The notes under the pieces were generated by a model that saw only the letters and a list, made by a program, of their open reading frames with translations, did not search any database and had not been told where the DNA came from. Positions 28,433 to 37,637 of a DNA stretch of 64,000 nucleotides are shown one piece after another (the stretch's first letter is position 1; each line of letters opens with the position of its first letter). Origin of the DNA: Bryobacteraceae bacterium. Lineage in GTDB: Bacteria > Acidobacteriota > Terriglobia > Bryobacterales > Bryobacteraceae. The translations under genes and the position numbers were made by a program. The stretch spans positions 8,302 to 72,301 of the forward strand of contig JBEKSR010000003.1 of NCBI GenBank assembly GCA_049516835.1, in the 5' to 3' direction.

Positions 28433-29659
28433 TCACGCCAGTTTTTGCGGGCGCAGCGGACCGAGGAATACCCACAGGATGGCAGCGCACACCAGCGGCA
28501 GGATGCCAAACCCGATGAAGGCCGGCGTATAGGAATAGTGGTCCACCACCCATCCCGTAATGAGGGTGAAGACCATGCCTCCGAAGCCGGCGCCCATGCT
28601 GGCCAATCCGAATACCGAGGCGACGGCGTTGCCGGGAAACACATCCGCGGGAAAGGTGAGCATGTTGGCCAGGCTGCCCGTATAACCGAGCATCGCCACC
28701 GAGACAAAAGCGATCGAGAGCCAGGCCTCCCGCACCAGCACCGCCGGGATGGCGCTGGTCATGAGCACCGCAAAGAAGGTCACGGCGGACTTGCGCGTGA
28801 TGGTTACGGATACGCCGCGCTTCAGGAGAAAGCTGGAGAGCCACCCGCCCAACAGGTTGCCGAGACCGGCGACCAGGAATGGAATCCAGGCGAATTTGCC
28901 GATGGCGGCCAGGTCGAAGTTCCGCACGCGCTTGAGGTACTCCGGGAACCAGAAGATGTAGAAATACCAGACCGGGTCCATGAAGATCTTCGAGATGGTG
29001 AAGATCCAGACGAAGCGCGACCGGAGCAGAACCCCAACCGGGACCAGCGGCACGCTCGCCCCGCCGGCGGGCGCGGCAGGCGTCCGGTAGAGCCGCGACC
29101 AGAATGCCAGCCAGACCAGGCCCGCCGCTCCGACGAACAAAAAGGCAGACTGCCAGCCCCACTTGAGCAAGAGGAAGGCCACGATGGGCGGCGCCAGAAT
29201 CGCTCCCACGGCGGAACCGCTATTGAACAATCCGGCGGCCAGCGCGCGCTCGCGTTCAGGGAACCACTCCGCCACCACTTTCACACCGCCGGGCCAGTTC
29301 CCCGCTTCGCCCATGCCGAGCAGAAACCGATAGACGCCGAGACTGACAGCCCCTCGGGAGAATGCGTGCAACATGGCGGAGATGGACCACCACGCCACGC
29401 ACAGCCCATAGCCCAGGCGCGTGCCCAGCCGGTCGATCACCGGGCCGGAGACGCCGCTCATGATGGTATACGCCAGCATAAACGCGAAGACCACGCGCGA
29501 GTAATCCACGTTGCTCATGTGGAACTGATCGCGCAGCACGGGCGCGGCGACGGAGAGCGTCTGGCGGTCCAGATAGTTGATGACGGTCGCCCAAAAGGCG
29601 AGCGAGATCATGCGCCAGCGGAGCGGCGAGGGAGGGTGCAACTTTCGATTGTAATGCAC
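28433..29659 (-). CDS. MFS transporter, hexuronate (ExuT)-like
   Basis: 408 aa. 'FWATVINYLDRQTLSVAAPVLRDQFHMSNVDYSRVVFAFMLAY' is typical of the ExuT/ACS family. Confidence 0.8.
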   Translation of the reverse strand: MHYNRKLHPPSPLRWRMISLAFWATVINYLDRQTLSVAAPVLRDQFHMSNVDYSRVVFAFMLAYTIMSGVSGPVIDRLGTRLGYGLCVAWWSISAMLHAFSRGAVSLGVYRFLLGMGEAGNWPGGVKVVAEWFPERERALAAGLFNSGSAVGAILAPPIVAFLLLKWGWQSAFLFVGAAGLVWLAFWSRLYRTPAAPAGGASVPLVPVGVLLRSRFVWIFTISKIFMDPVWYFYIFWFPEYLKRVRNFDLAAIGKFAWIPFLVAGLGNLLGGWLSSFLLKRGVSVTITRKSAVTFFAVLMTSAIPAVLVREAWLSIAFVSVAMLGYTGSLANMLTFPADVFPGNAVASVFGLASMGAGFGGMVFTLITGWVVDHYSYTPAFIGFGILPLVCAAILWVFLGPLRPQKLA

Positions 29660-29707
29660 ATCGGGTCTGAAATACCGTTAAATCCGTGCTAGTATCGAAC
29701 AGTTCGT

Positions 29708-30889
29708 ATGGCCAGATTTCAACTCACGCCGTTTCTCCTCGCCGGAGTTCTGATGGCGCCTTCGGCTGTGGCTGGGGCCGCGCCGGATTCGTGGGCCATC
29801 GCCACCGCCGAGACCATCATGAAGCGCAACCCGGGCACGCCGGCGGACCGGCTGGCGAGGTGGTCGTATTGGAAGGGATATACGCTTTACGGGTTCGAGA
29901 TGCTCTGGCGATCCACCGGAGACCAGCGGTACTGGGACTTCATCAAGCGCCAGATGGATCCGTTCGTGGATGAAAAGGGCAACCTCACAGCGGACGTCCG
30001 GCTCAACAGTCTCGATAACATCATGGCCGGCAATCTCATGGTGGCGCTTTATGAACACACTCGAGACGAACGCTACCGCGCCGCCGCCACCCAGATTCGC
30101 AAAGCCTTCGACACCTACCCGCGGAACTCCGATGGCGGCTTCTGGCACAACCCGAGATTGACCGGCGAGATGTGGATCGACGGCGTGTTCATGGGCCAGA
30201 TGTTTCTCATCCGCTACGGGAAGTCGATCGGCGACCGCGAGTACTGCTTCGACGAGGCCACCCGGCAGATCGCCATCTTTGCCAGACACGGGCTGAAGGG
30301 TGAGAGCGGCCTCTACTACCACGCCTGGGCCGAGCAGCCCGAAAAAACTCGCTGGGCCGACCCCAAGACAGGCCTCTCGAGCGAGGTGTGGAGCGAAGGG
30401 CTGGGCTGGTACGCTTTGATCCTGGCCGAGACGCTGGCGGTGCTCCCGCCGGACCACGGACGGCGGCCGGAGGTGGTGGATATTTTCCAGCGCCTGGCCG
30501 GCGGGTTGAAACGCACGCAGGATCCCAAGACCGGCCGCTGGTTCCAGGTGGTTGACAAAGGCGATCAGCCCGACAACTGGACCGACACTTCCGGCAGCGC
30601 CATGTTCACCTACGCCATTCAACGCGGCATCGAGCTCGGTCTGCTGAAACCGAGCGACTACGCTGCCGTGGTCGACAAAGGCTATCACGGCATCATTGCG
30701 AAGGCCAAGATCGACGGCGATGGGCTGGTGGATATCTACGACGCCTGCGACGGCCTGGGCGTGCAAGAGAATTACGGGCGGTATATCAACTACAAGAAGA
30801 CGGTCAATGCCAAGGAAGCCGTTGCGGGCTTCCTGTGGGCTACCGCCATCGTCGAAAAGCCGGTATTGGAGAAGAGCCGGAAGCGTTGA
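29708..30889 (+). CDS. Glycoside hydrolase family 105 (unsaturated rhamnogalacturonyl hydrolase, YteR-like), secreted
   Basis: 'WSYWKGYTLYGFEMLW', 'DNIMAGNLMVALYE', 'GGFWHNPRLTGEMWIDGVFMGQMFL' and 'LYYHAWAE' fit GH88/GH105. Confidence 0.85.
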   Translation: MARFQLTPFLLAGVLMAPSAVAGAAPDSWAIATAETIMKRNPGTPADRLARWSYWKGYTLYGFEMLWRSTGDQRYWDFIKRQMDPFVDEKGNLTADVRLNSLDNIMAGNLMVALYEHTRDERYRAAATQIRKAFDTYPRNSDGGFWHNPRLTGEMWIDGVFMGQMFLIRYGKSIGDREYCFDEATRQIAIFARHGLKGESGLYYHAWAEQPEKTRWADPKTGLSSEVWSEGLGWYALILAETLAVLPPDHGRRPEVVDIFQRLAGGLKRTQDPKTGRWFQVVDKGDQPDNWTDTSGSAMFTYAIQRGIELGLLKPSDYAAVVDKGYHGIIAKAKIDGDGLVDIYDACDGLGVQENYGRYINYKKTVNAKEAVAGFLWATAIVEKPVLEKSRKR

Positions 30890-30960
30890 GAGGAGACAAA
30901 GCGTGGCGGACCTGACTGTCGGCAGGACTTGCGGCCGGGCTGCCCCAGCGATAATTCCGC

Positions 30961-31410
30961 CTATTCAGCCTCCGAAACCATCCCCGGATGAACGGCCCTT
31001 ATCCCGGCGTAGCGTGCGAAATCCCGCCCATTCAGCGTGAGGATGTTGGGAACGCCGTGCACCAACATGGACGCGACGAGCCTTGCGTCGTGTACCTGGA
31101 CGCCAGCCACCGAGTACCGGACAACCAACCGCCGCCATTCGACATGAACGCGTTCGCTGTCGGGCAGAAACCTGAATCTGGCCTCGATTAGCTTGGCTCG
31201 CGCATCGGTCTCGGCAATCAACAAACCAAAGCCGTTCCTGTCGATTGGCCGGGTGCAGACGCTCCAGAACTCGACCAGATTCTGCGCCGCGTAGCACAAA
31301 TGCCCGCCACGGGCCAGCAGTGTTTCCACGGCAGTGCGAACGATCGTGTAATCGGGATCGGACGGCTCCGCGAGGCGCAAGAGGATATTCGTGTCGGCGA
31401 GGAAGGGCAC
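30961..31410 (-). CDS. PIN-domain toxin (VapC-like)
   Basis: 149 aa. 'FLADTNILLRL' gives the first acidic residue and 'QVHDARLVASMLVHGVPNILTLNGRDF' a late Asp. Confidence 0.8.
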   Translation of the reverse strand: MPFLADTNILLRLAEPSDPDYTIVRTAVETLLARGGHLCYAAQNLVEFWSVCTRPIDRNGFGLLIAETDARAKLIEARFRFLPDSERVHVEWRRLVVRYSVAGVQVHDARLVASMLVHGVPNILTLNGRDFARYAGIRAVHPGMVSEAE

Positions 31411-31418
31411 CCCTGGCC

Positions 31419-31670
31419 TCAGTTGTGGTCCTGGTAAATGCTCTCACGGCTAAAGGCGGCCGAGGGCACATGGGGCAGACTCTTCCCCATCTCCGCTAAC
31501 GTGTCGAGCGTAGCTCGAAACTCCTCGAGGTTGGCGGCTGGGGCCGCCGGCGCTCGGGCGAGATCTTCGATCGCGTCCTGGAGGTACGCGTCAAGGGGGA
31601 TGCCCTTCGCCGCGGCCTGGGCATTCAGGGATGCTTCGATTTCCGGTTTGATTTCCAGCCTGACAGTCAT
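31419..31670 (-). CDS. Putative antitoxin of the adjacent PIN toxin
   Basis: 83 aa from ATG 31670, preceded by AGAGG with a 5-nt spacer. The ORF is also open from TTG 31694. There is an 8-nt gap to vapC. Confidence 0.55.
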   Translation of the reverse strand: MTVRLEIKPEIEASLNAQAAAKGIPLDAYLQDAIEDLARAPAAPAANLEEFRATLDTLAEMGKSLPHVPSAAFSRESIYQDHN

Positions 31671-31754
31671 AACGGCCTCTTCAGCCTTCACCAATTATCC
31701 CACGCCTGGCCACGTCTCGGACGCCGGCGGTATACTTCCAGAAGGAGACAAGGC

Positions 31755-32054
31755 GTGGCGGACCCGACCGTCGGCGACACAATCCGCGAAAAGCGCGACG
31801 CGATCATCCGCATCGCGGGCAGCCACGGCGCCACCGAGGTGCGGTTGATCGGATCTGTCGCGCGAGGCGAGGCTCGTCCTGACAGCGACGTCGATCTGCT
31901 GGTGACGTGGAGCGAGGGCACCAGCCTGCTTGACCAGGCGGCTCTCATGCTGGAACTCGAAAAGCTGTTGGGCCGGAAAGTCGACATCGCCAGCGACGGC
32001 TGGGTGAAGCCCTCGATCCGGGAATCGGTCTACCGGGATGCCATCGCCCTATGA
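31755..32054 (+). CDS. Nucleotidyltransferase-domain protein (MNT-type antitoxin)
   Basis: 99 aa with GTG start. 'RLIGSVARGEARPDSDVDLLV' is the GS-x10-DxD minimal NTase motif. Confidence 0.8.
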   Translation: MADPTVGDTIREKRDAIIRIAGSHGATEVRLIGSVARGEARPDSDVDLLVTWSEGTSLLDQAALMLELEKLLGRKVDIASDGWVKPSIRESVYRDAIAL

Positions 32055-32107
32055 GGAGCGACGCGGATCGCTTGAGCGACCCGGGGAAGCAGTTGCTCAG
32101 GGCGTGA
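32051..32107 (+). pseudogene. Possible 18-codon stump of a HepT (DUF86) toxin gene
   Basis: Its ATG overlaps the MNT stop (ATGA), where HepT normally starts. 'MRSDADRLSD' resembles DUF86 N-termini, then the frame stops after 18 codons. Confidence 0.3.
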
Positions 32108-32361
32108 CCGCGAGCGACGAGGCGCTGATCGTCGATCTTGCCGATGGCAGGACAATTACAGTTCCGCTGGCTTGGTTCCCGCGTCTGGCGCACGGGACAG
32201 CGGCGGAGCGAGCCACTTGGCGTCTCATTGGCGGCGGCATAGGGATCCACTGGCCGGACTTGGACGAGGATATCAGCGTGGAAAGCCTGTTGGCGGGCCG
32301 GAGGTCTGGCGAGACTCAGGCGTCCCTTCGGCGCTGGCTCCAGGCGCGCAAGGCCGGCTGA
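32104..32361 (+). CDS. DUF2442 domain protein
   Basis: 85 aa from GTG 32104. 'LIVDLADGRTITVPLAWFPRL...IGGGIGIHWPDLDEDISVESLL' is the DUF2442 signature. Confidence 0.65.
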   Translation: MTASDEALIVDLADGRTITVPLAWFPRLAHGTAAERATWRLIGGGIGIHWPDLDEDISVESLLAGRRSGETQASLRRWLQARKAG

Positions 32362-32477
32362 GTGACTTGCGCTCCCCCGCGCCCTCCCGTTGGCACCCCG
32401 CGGATCGCCTGTCGCTGCATGTAAAGACCATTCAGGTCTGCTTGACTTGAATTTGGCCGGCCGACGCTGCAAACTGG

Positions 32478-35400
32478 ATGGAAATGGGCATCAATATCGG
32501 TCTGGACATCGGGGCCATCAGTCTCAAACTGGCCGCCTTGGGCCGTCCAGGGGACCGGCCGATCCTCGAGGCCCTGTGCGCCACGCACCCGCAGTTCCGC
32601 ATGACGGAGATGGGGGCGCGGCCGCTGGTCCTTTCCGAGTACCGGCGCATCGCCGGCAGCCCAATCCAGTCCACCTACGACCTGTTGCAGGAGTTCTACG
32701 AGATCGTCCCCGAGACCCAGGTGGAAGGCATACGCGTAACCGGCTCGGGCAGCCGCACCATAGCCAAAGTGTTGGGCTTGTTCTTCGAAAATGAGTTCAA
32801 AGCCATCGCGCGGATGATGGGGGCGGTCTACCCGCAGGTGCGCACCGTGTTCGAAATCGGCGGGGAAAGCTCGAAGTACATCCGGCTGGAGGGCGGCAGC
32901 ATCGTGGACTATGACCGCTCGGGCGAGTGCGCGGCGGGTACGGGGTCGTTCCTCGATCAGCAGGCGTTGCGGATGCAGTACTCGGTGGAGGAGATCGGCG
33001 GGATCGTCTGCACGGCCAAGGGCTCGGCGCGCATCGCCGGACGCTGCTCGGTGTTCGCCAAGAGCGACATGATCCACGCGCAGCAGAAGGGTTACTCGCC
33101 GGCGGAGATCCTGCGCGGGCTGTGCGATGCCGTGGCCCGCAATTTCAAGAGCTCCATCGTGAAGGGGCGGCCGGTGGAGGCGCCGGTAGCGCTGATTGGC
33201 GCGGTTTCGCAAAACGCGGGCGTCGCCGGGGCCCTGCGCGAAGCCTTCTCTCTTTCCGCCGCCGACTTGCTGACGCCCGGGGAATACGCCTGGTGCGGAG
33301 CCATCGGCACGGCCATTCTGGAGGCCGAGGAGCAGCGCAAGCGGTCCATTCTGGAGATCCATCGCCTGCGCCAGCACGATTCCGAAGAGAAGGTGCAGGA
33401 CACCCAACCGCTTTCCTCTGAGAATGTCGTGCAGTTGCGCGACCGCGTGGGCTTGTACGTGCCGCCGCCCAATGATGAACCCATCCCGGCGTACCTGGGG
33501 CTCGACATCGGGTCGGTTTCGACCAACGTGGCGGTGATCGATGAATCCGGCACGGTGATTCACGATGTCTACCTGCGAACCGCGGGGCGCCCCATCGAGG
33601 CCGTGCAGCAAGGGCTGGCGGAAGTGGAGAGCATCTGGGGCAAGCGGCTTCGGGTGTGCGGCGTGGGCACCACCGGCTCGGGGCGCGAGCTGATCGCGGA
33701 GTTCGTGGGCGCGGACGCGGTGAACGACGAAATCACCGCGCACAAGACCGGCGCCATCCACGTGAGCAACACGCTGGGCGGCGAGCCGGTGGACACCATC
33801 TTCGAGATCGGCGGGCAGGATTCCAAGTTCATCTCCATTGAAAACGGCGTGGTGGTGGATTTCGCGATGAACGAAGCCTGTGCCGCGGGCACCGGTTCGT
33901 TTCTGGAAGAGCAGGCCGAGAAGCTGGGGATCAGCATCAAGGACGAGTTCGCGAAACTGGCGCTGGCGGCGCCCAGCCCCACGCGCCTGGGCGAGCGCTG
34001 CACGGTGTTCATGGAGCGGGATGTCACCGGCTGGCTGCACAAGGGCGAAACCGTGCCCAACCTGGTGGCGGGCCTGTCGTACTCGATTGCGCTGAATTAT
34101 TTGAACCGCGTGGTGCGCGGCCGCAAGATCGGCAAGGTGATTTACTTCCAGGGCGGCACGGCGTATAACGACGCCGTCACCGCGGCGTTCGCCAGCCTGC
34201 TGGGAGAGAGGATCACGGTGCCGCCGTACAACGGCGTGATGGGGGCCATTGGAATGGCTCTCATCGCGCGGCAGTGGCACCAGGCTACCGGCGCCGCGAG
34301 CCGTTTCCGCGGATACGATCTGCACAAGCTGCGGCTCGCGACACGCGACTTTGTGTGCAAGGCCTGCTCGAACCTGTGCGAGATGAAGCAGTTCGACATC
34401 GAGGGGCAGAAGAGCTACTGGGGCGATAAGTGCTCGGATAAGTTCCGTAAGCCCTCGTTGAGCGGGCGCAAGCCGGTGATCGAGGATTTGTTCGCGTATC
34501 GGGAGCAGTTGCTGGAAGGCGGCAACCGCTCTCTTACGTTCGCGGCTCTGAAGGTTGGGCTGCCGCGGGCTATGTCGCTGCTGGATCAGTTGCCGTTCTG
34601 GAGGCGGTATTTCGCGGAGCTGGGGATCGAGACCGTGCTATCACCGGTGACCGATCCGCGCATTTCGGCGGCGGGCATCGATATGGCGGTCGCGCAGCCG
34701 TGCTATCCGGTGCAAGTGGCCCACGGGCACGTGCAGGCGCTGGCGGAGGCGGGCGTAGATTACATCCTGATTCCCAACATCGCGGACGCCGAAGGGGGCG
34801 AAGACCAATCCTGCCCCTCGCACTACTGCCCGTGGAACCAGACGCTGCCGTGGGTGCTGCGGTCCGCGCCGGCCCTGGCGCCGCACCAGCACAAGTTTCT
34901 CATCCCGACGCTGCACTTCCAGCTTGGCCCGGCGCAAGTGAAGAAGGCGCTCGCCGAGGCCATGCGGCGCATGGGGGTTACCCGGCGCGCGAGCGACCGC
35001 GCGGTGGAGGCGGCCTACGCGGCGCAGCGCGAATTCCAGGATAAGCTGCTGGCGGCCGGCCGGCGGGCGCTGGCAACCCTGGAATCGACCGGCGAGCCCG
35101 GGCTGGTGGTGGTGGGGCGCAGCTACAACATTTACGACCGGGGCGTGAACTGCGACATCCCGCGCAAGCTGCGCCACCGGTACGGCGCCAACGTCATTCC
35201 GCTGGACTTCCTGGTGACCGGCCGCGAGCCGGTCGCGGACCGGCACGCCAACATGTTCTGGGCCTCGGGGCGAAAGATTCTGGACGCGGCGCGGCTGGCG
35301 GCCTCCCGGCGCAACCTGCACGTGGTCTACATCACCAACTTCAAGTGCGGGCCCGATTCCTACATCAAGCATTTTGCCCGCGAAGCCGCCGGCGCGCCGC

Positions 35401-35540
35401 TGCTGGTCCTGCAATTCGACGGGCACGGCAACGACGCCGGCTACATGACGCGCTGCGAAGCCTATCTCGATAGCAAAGGGATTCTGCGATGCTACCAACC
35501 GTCGACGGAGCCGCCGCCCCTGCGGGCGATCATCCACTAA
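32478..35540 (+). CDS. BcrAD/BadFG-type double ATPase (CoA-substrate-specific enzyme activase) fused to a DUF2229-like domain
   Basis: Two ASKHA ATPase modules are present: 'GLDIGAISLKLA' and 'GLDIGSVSTNVA'. Each has the cluster-ligand pattern: 'ECAAGTGSFLD' + 'RCSVFAKSD', then 'ACAAGTGSFLE' + 'RCTVFMERD'. About 380 aa of C-terminal extension follow. Confidence 0.85.
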   Translation: MEMGINIGLDIGAISLKLAALGRPGDRPILEALCATHPQFRMTEMGARPLVLSEYRRIAGSPIQSTYDLLQEFYEIVPETQVEGIRVTGSGSRTIAKVLGLFFENEFKAIARMMGAVYPQVRTVFEIGGESSKYIRLEGGSIVDYDRSGECAAGTGSFLDQQALRMQYSVEEIGGIVCTAKGSARIAGRCSVFAKSDMIHAQQKGYSPAEILRGLCDAVARNFKSSIVKGRPVEAPVALIGAVSQNAGVAGALREAFSLSAADLLTPGEYAWCGAIGTAILEAEEQRKRSILEIHRLRQHDSEEKVQDTQPLSSENVVQLRDRVGLYVPPPNDEPIPAYLGLDIGSVSTNVAVIDESGTVIHDVYLRTAGRPIEAVQQGLAEVESIWGKRLRVCGVGTTGSGRELIAEFVGADAVNDEITAHKTGAIHVSNTLGGEPVDTIFEIGGQDSKFISIENGVVVDFAMNEACAAGTGSFLEEQAEKLGISIKDEFAKLALAAPSPTRLGERCTVFMERDVTGWLHKGETVPNLVAGLSYSIALNYLNRVVRGRKIGKVIYFQGGTAYNDAVTAAFASLLGERITVPPYNGVMGAIGMALIARQWHQATGAASRFRGYDLHKLRLATRDFVCKACSNLCEMKQFDIEGQKSYWGDKCSDKFRKPSLSGRKPVIEDLFAYREQLLEGGNRSLTFAALKVGLPRAMSLLDQLPFWRRYFAELGIETVLSPVTDPRISAAGIDMAVAQPCYPVQVAHGHVQALAEAGVDYILIPNIADAEGGEDQSCPSHYCPWNQTLPWVLRSAPALAPHQHKFLIPTLHFQLGPAQVKKALAEAMRRMGVTRRASDRAVEAAYAAQREFQDKLLAAGRRALATLESTGEPGLVVVGRSYNIYDRGVNCDIPRKLRHRYGANVIPLDFLVTGREPVADRHANMFWASGRKILDAARLAASRRNLHVVYITNFKCGPDSYIKHFAREAAGAPLLVLQFDGHGNDAGYMTRCEAYLDSKGILRCYQPSTEPPPLRAIIH

Positions 35541-36775
35541 GCGGCAAGCGCATTTACATTCCGCCGATGGCTTACGGCAGCGCGCAGGCGTTCGCCTCGG
35601 CCTTTCGCGCCATTGGCCTGGAGGCGGAGCCTACTCCGCCCTCCGATGGCCGCACGCGCGAACTGGGCGCCCGCTACACTTCGGGCGACGAATGCTATCC
35701 GGCCAAGGTGACGGTGGGCGATTTCATGAAGGTGCTGGAGCGGCCCGCAACCGACCCCGCGCGCGTGGCGTTGTTCATGCCGACCGCCCAGGGCCCCTGC
35801 CGTTTCGGCCAGTACGCGCCCTACCTGCGCCACATTCTGGACGCCAACGGATACCGGTCCGTGGAGATCCTCTCGCCGAGCAGTCAGAACGCCTATGGCG
35901 GCCTCGGCAGCCTCGCCAAACCGTTCGTGCGCACGGGGTGGCGCGCGCTGCTGTGCGCCGATCTGCTGCAGAAGCTGCTGCTCATGCACCGCCCGTATGA
36001 GGAGCGGCGCGGCGACACGGAAGCGGTCTATGCGGAGTCGCTGGCCGACCTGTGCCGCACACTCGAGGAGACTCCGGTCGAGCCGGGGGTGCAGCTCCAT
36101 TCGCTGCGCGATTCCATGGTTCGAAGCCGCGACCGTTTCCGCAAGCTGGCGGGGCGGCGGAGCGGGGCGCCCGCTGGGCCCCGGCACCCGCTGATCGGAA
36201 TCGTGGGAGAGATTTTCTGCCGCTTGAACACGTTCTCGAACGAGAACCTGGTCGAGTGTCTCGAGGAATACGGCGCGGAAGCGTGGATCTCGGACCTGGT
36301 CGAGTGGATCTGGTACACCGATTCCGAGCGCTTCCGGAAACTCAAGCTGGAGGGACGCATCTGGACGCTCGAAGCCCTGGGCGCGTGGGTGCGGAAGCGC
36401 GTGCAGAAGCAGGACGAGCACGTCCTGGTGGCGCCGTTCCACGAAGATTTCGCGGGCCGCGAGGAACCCGACATCTACGAGATCCTGGAATGTGCGCGCC
36501 CCTACCTGCCGCGCGAGGGCGCATTTGGCGAGATGGTGCTGAACGTCGGAAAGACGGTGTACCTGGCGAAGAAGGGCGCCGCCGGGATCATCGACATCAG
36601 CCCCTTCACTTGCATGAACGGCATCGTGTGCGAGGCGATCTATCCGCGCGTCAGCCGGGACCTGGGCGGCATCCCCATCCGCAACTTCTATTTCGACGGA
36701 ACGCAGTCGGACCTCGACCGCGACCTGGGCGTCTACATGGAACTGGCGCGGAGCTATCGGAAAAAGCGGGGGTAG
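35489..36775 (+). CDS. 2-hydroxyacyl-CoA-dehydratase-like (HgdB/DUF2229 family) protein
   Basis: 'GDECYPAKV', 'QGPCRFGQY' and 'SPFTCMNGIVCEAIY' are the Cys motifs of this family. The only plausible start (ATG 35489) overlaps the upstream gene by 52 nt. Confidence 0.75.
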   Translation: MLPTVDGAAAPAGDHPLSGKRIYIPPMAYGSAQAFASAFRAIGLEAEPTPPSDGRTRELGARYTSGDECYPAKVTVGDFMKVLERPATDPARVALFMPTAQGPCRFGQYAPYLRHILDANGYRSVEILSPSSQNAYGGLGSLAKPFVRTGWRALLCADLLQKLLLMHRPYEERRGDTEAVYAESLADLCRTLEETPVEPGVQLHSLRDSMVRSRDRFRKLAGRRSGAPAGPRHPLIGIVGEIFCRLNTFSNENLVECLEEYGAEAWISDLVEWIWYTDSERFRKLKLEGRIWTLEALGAWVRKRVQKQDEHVLVAPFHEDFAGREEPDIYEILECARPYLPREGAFGEMVLNVGKTVYLAKKGAAGIIDISPFTCMNGIVCEAIYPRVSRDLGGIPIRNFYFDGTQSDLDRDLGVYMELARSYRKKRG

Positions 36776-37108
36776 GCCCGACCGCTGTTCCCGGAGAACT
36801 CGCGCCAGGCACTTCCGCGAGTCGAAAACTCGTCCGAGTGAATTCACACGCAGAACCGGAGGACTCCGAGGAGTGAGCAAAAACGGTGCTGGTTTTGGGA
36901 CAGGATTTCGCGACGGTGCCGACCGCAACCCCAGGACCGCGGCGACCACCATCTGGCCGCAATTTTGGGGCTGACTTTTGAGACGCTGAGATCCCTGATT
37001 TCAGGCCTCGCCGGGTTTGTCCCGAAACTTACCGTTTTTGAGACAAACGAGGTCCGCATCCGGCGCCATCCGCCACCGTTCTGGCATGATGGGTCGGAGG
37101 GCAATGCT

Positions 37109-37390
37109 ATGGAAACGTTTACGCACGCGAATATCGACGGATACCTCCCCTGGTTGCGGGCAAACTCGGGTGGGTTCGTGGTCAACTTTCGTTGGAAGGG
37201 TGGAAAGCATTTGGTCGTGCATCGCGCTACGTGCCGAGACATCGCTAAGGCAAACGTGAATTATGGCCGAAGAGGTGACGATAGCGGTAAGGTGTGTTCC
37301 TCTGACATTGCAGAACTGCGTGCTTGGGCAAGCAAAACCTACGGCAAACAGCTTGACCCATGCGGCCACTGCTTAGCAGCATCAAACTGA
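37109..37390 (+). CDS. Hypothetical protein (93 aa, AT-richer insert)
   Basis: ATG 37109 is preceded by GGAGGG with a 7-nt spacer. 'VVHRATCRDI...VCSS...DPCGHC' is Cys/His-containing. No family recognised. Confidence 0.4.
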   Translation: METFTHANIDGYLPWLRANSGGFVVNFRWKGGKHLVVHRATCRDIAKANVNYGRRGDDSGKVCSSDIAELRAWASKTYGKQLDPCGHCLAASN

Positions 37391-37454
37391 GCCCTTGCGG
37401 TTTCAAGCGGCTTAAGCCTTCAAAAATGGGCCCGAAAGTGCGAGACTAGCAAGG

Positions 37455-37637
37455 GTGGTCAATCCTAACAAGCGGGGGGAGCGTCGAACTATTTCGCCGC
37501 TACCGATTGCCGGATGCATCGTCGGCTCCGGCGCGGTAGCAGTCCTCGGCTGGTTCGTCTATGCAGGGCTTTGGCTTCCGGCAATCTTCACCATTCTGCT
37601 GATCTGGTTCTTGTTTTGGCTGAAGCGACGATCCTAG
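37455..37637 (+). CDS. Possible small two-TM membrane protein
   Basis: 60 codons with GTG start, strongly hydrophobic ('AVAVLGWFVYAGLWLPAIFTILLIWFLFWL'). There is no other support. Confidence 0.25.
   Translation: MVNPNKRGERRTISPLPIAGCIVGSGAVAVLGWFVYAGLWLPAIFTILLIWFLFWLKRRS

Noticed and set aside
36965-37108. N-terminal 48 codons of ORF 36965-37390, including 'KLTVFETNEVRIRR', vaguely Bro-N/antirepressor-like.
   Set aside because: The resemblance is too short and weak. A strong RBS supports the internal ATG 37109. The upstream part coincides with the TTTTGAGAC repeats and is more likely non-coding.
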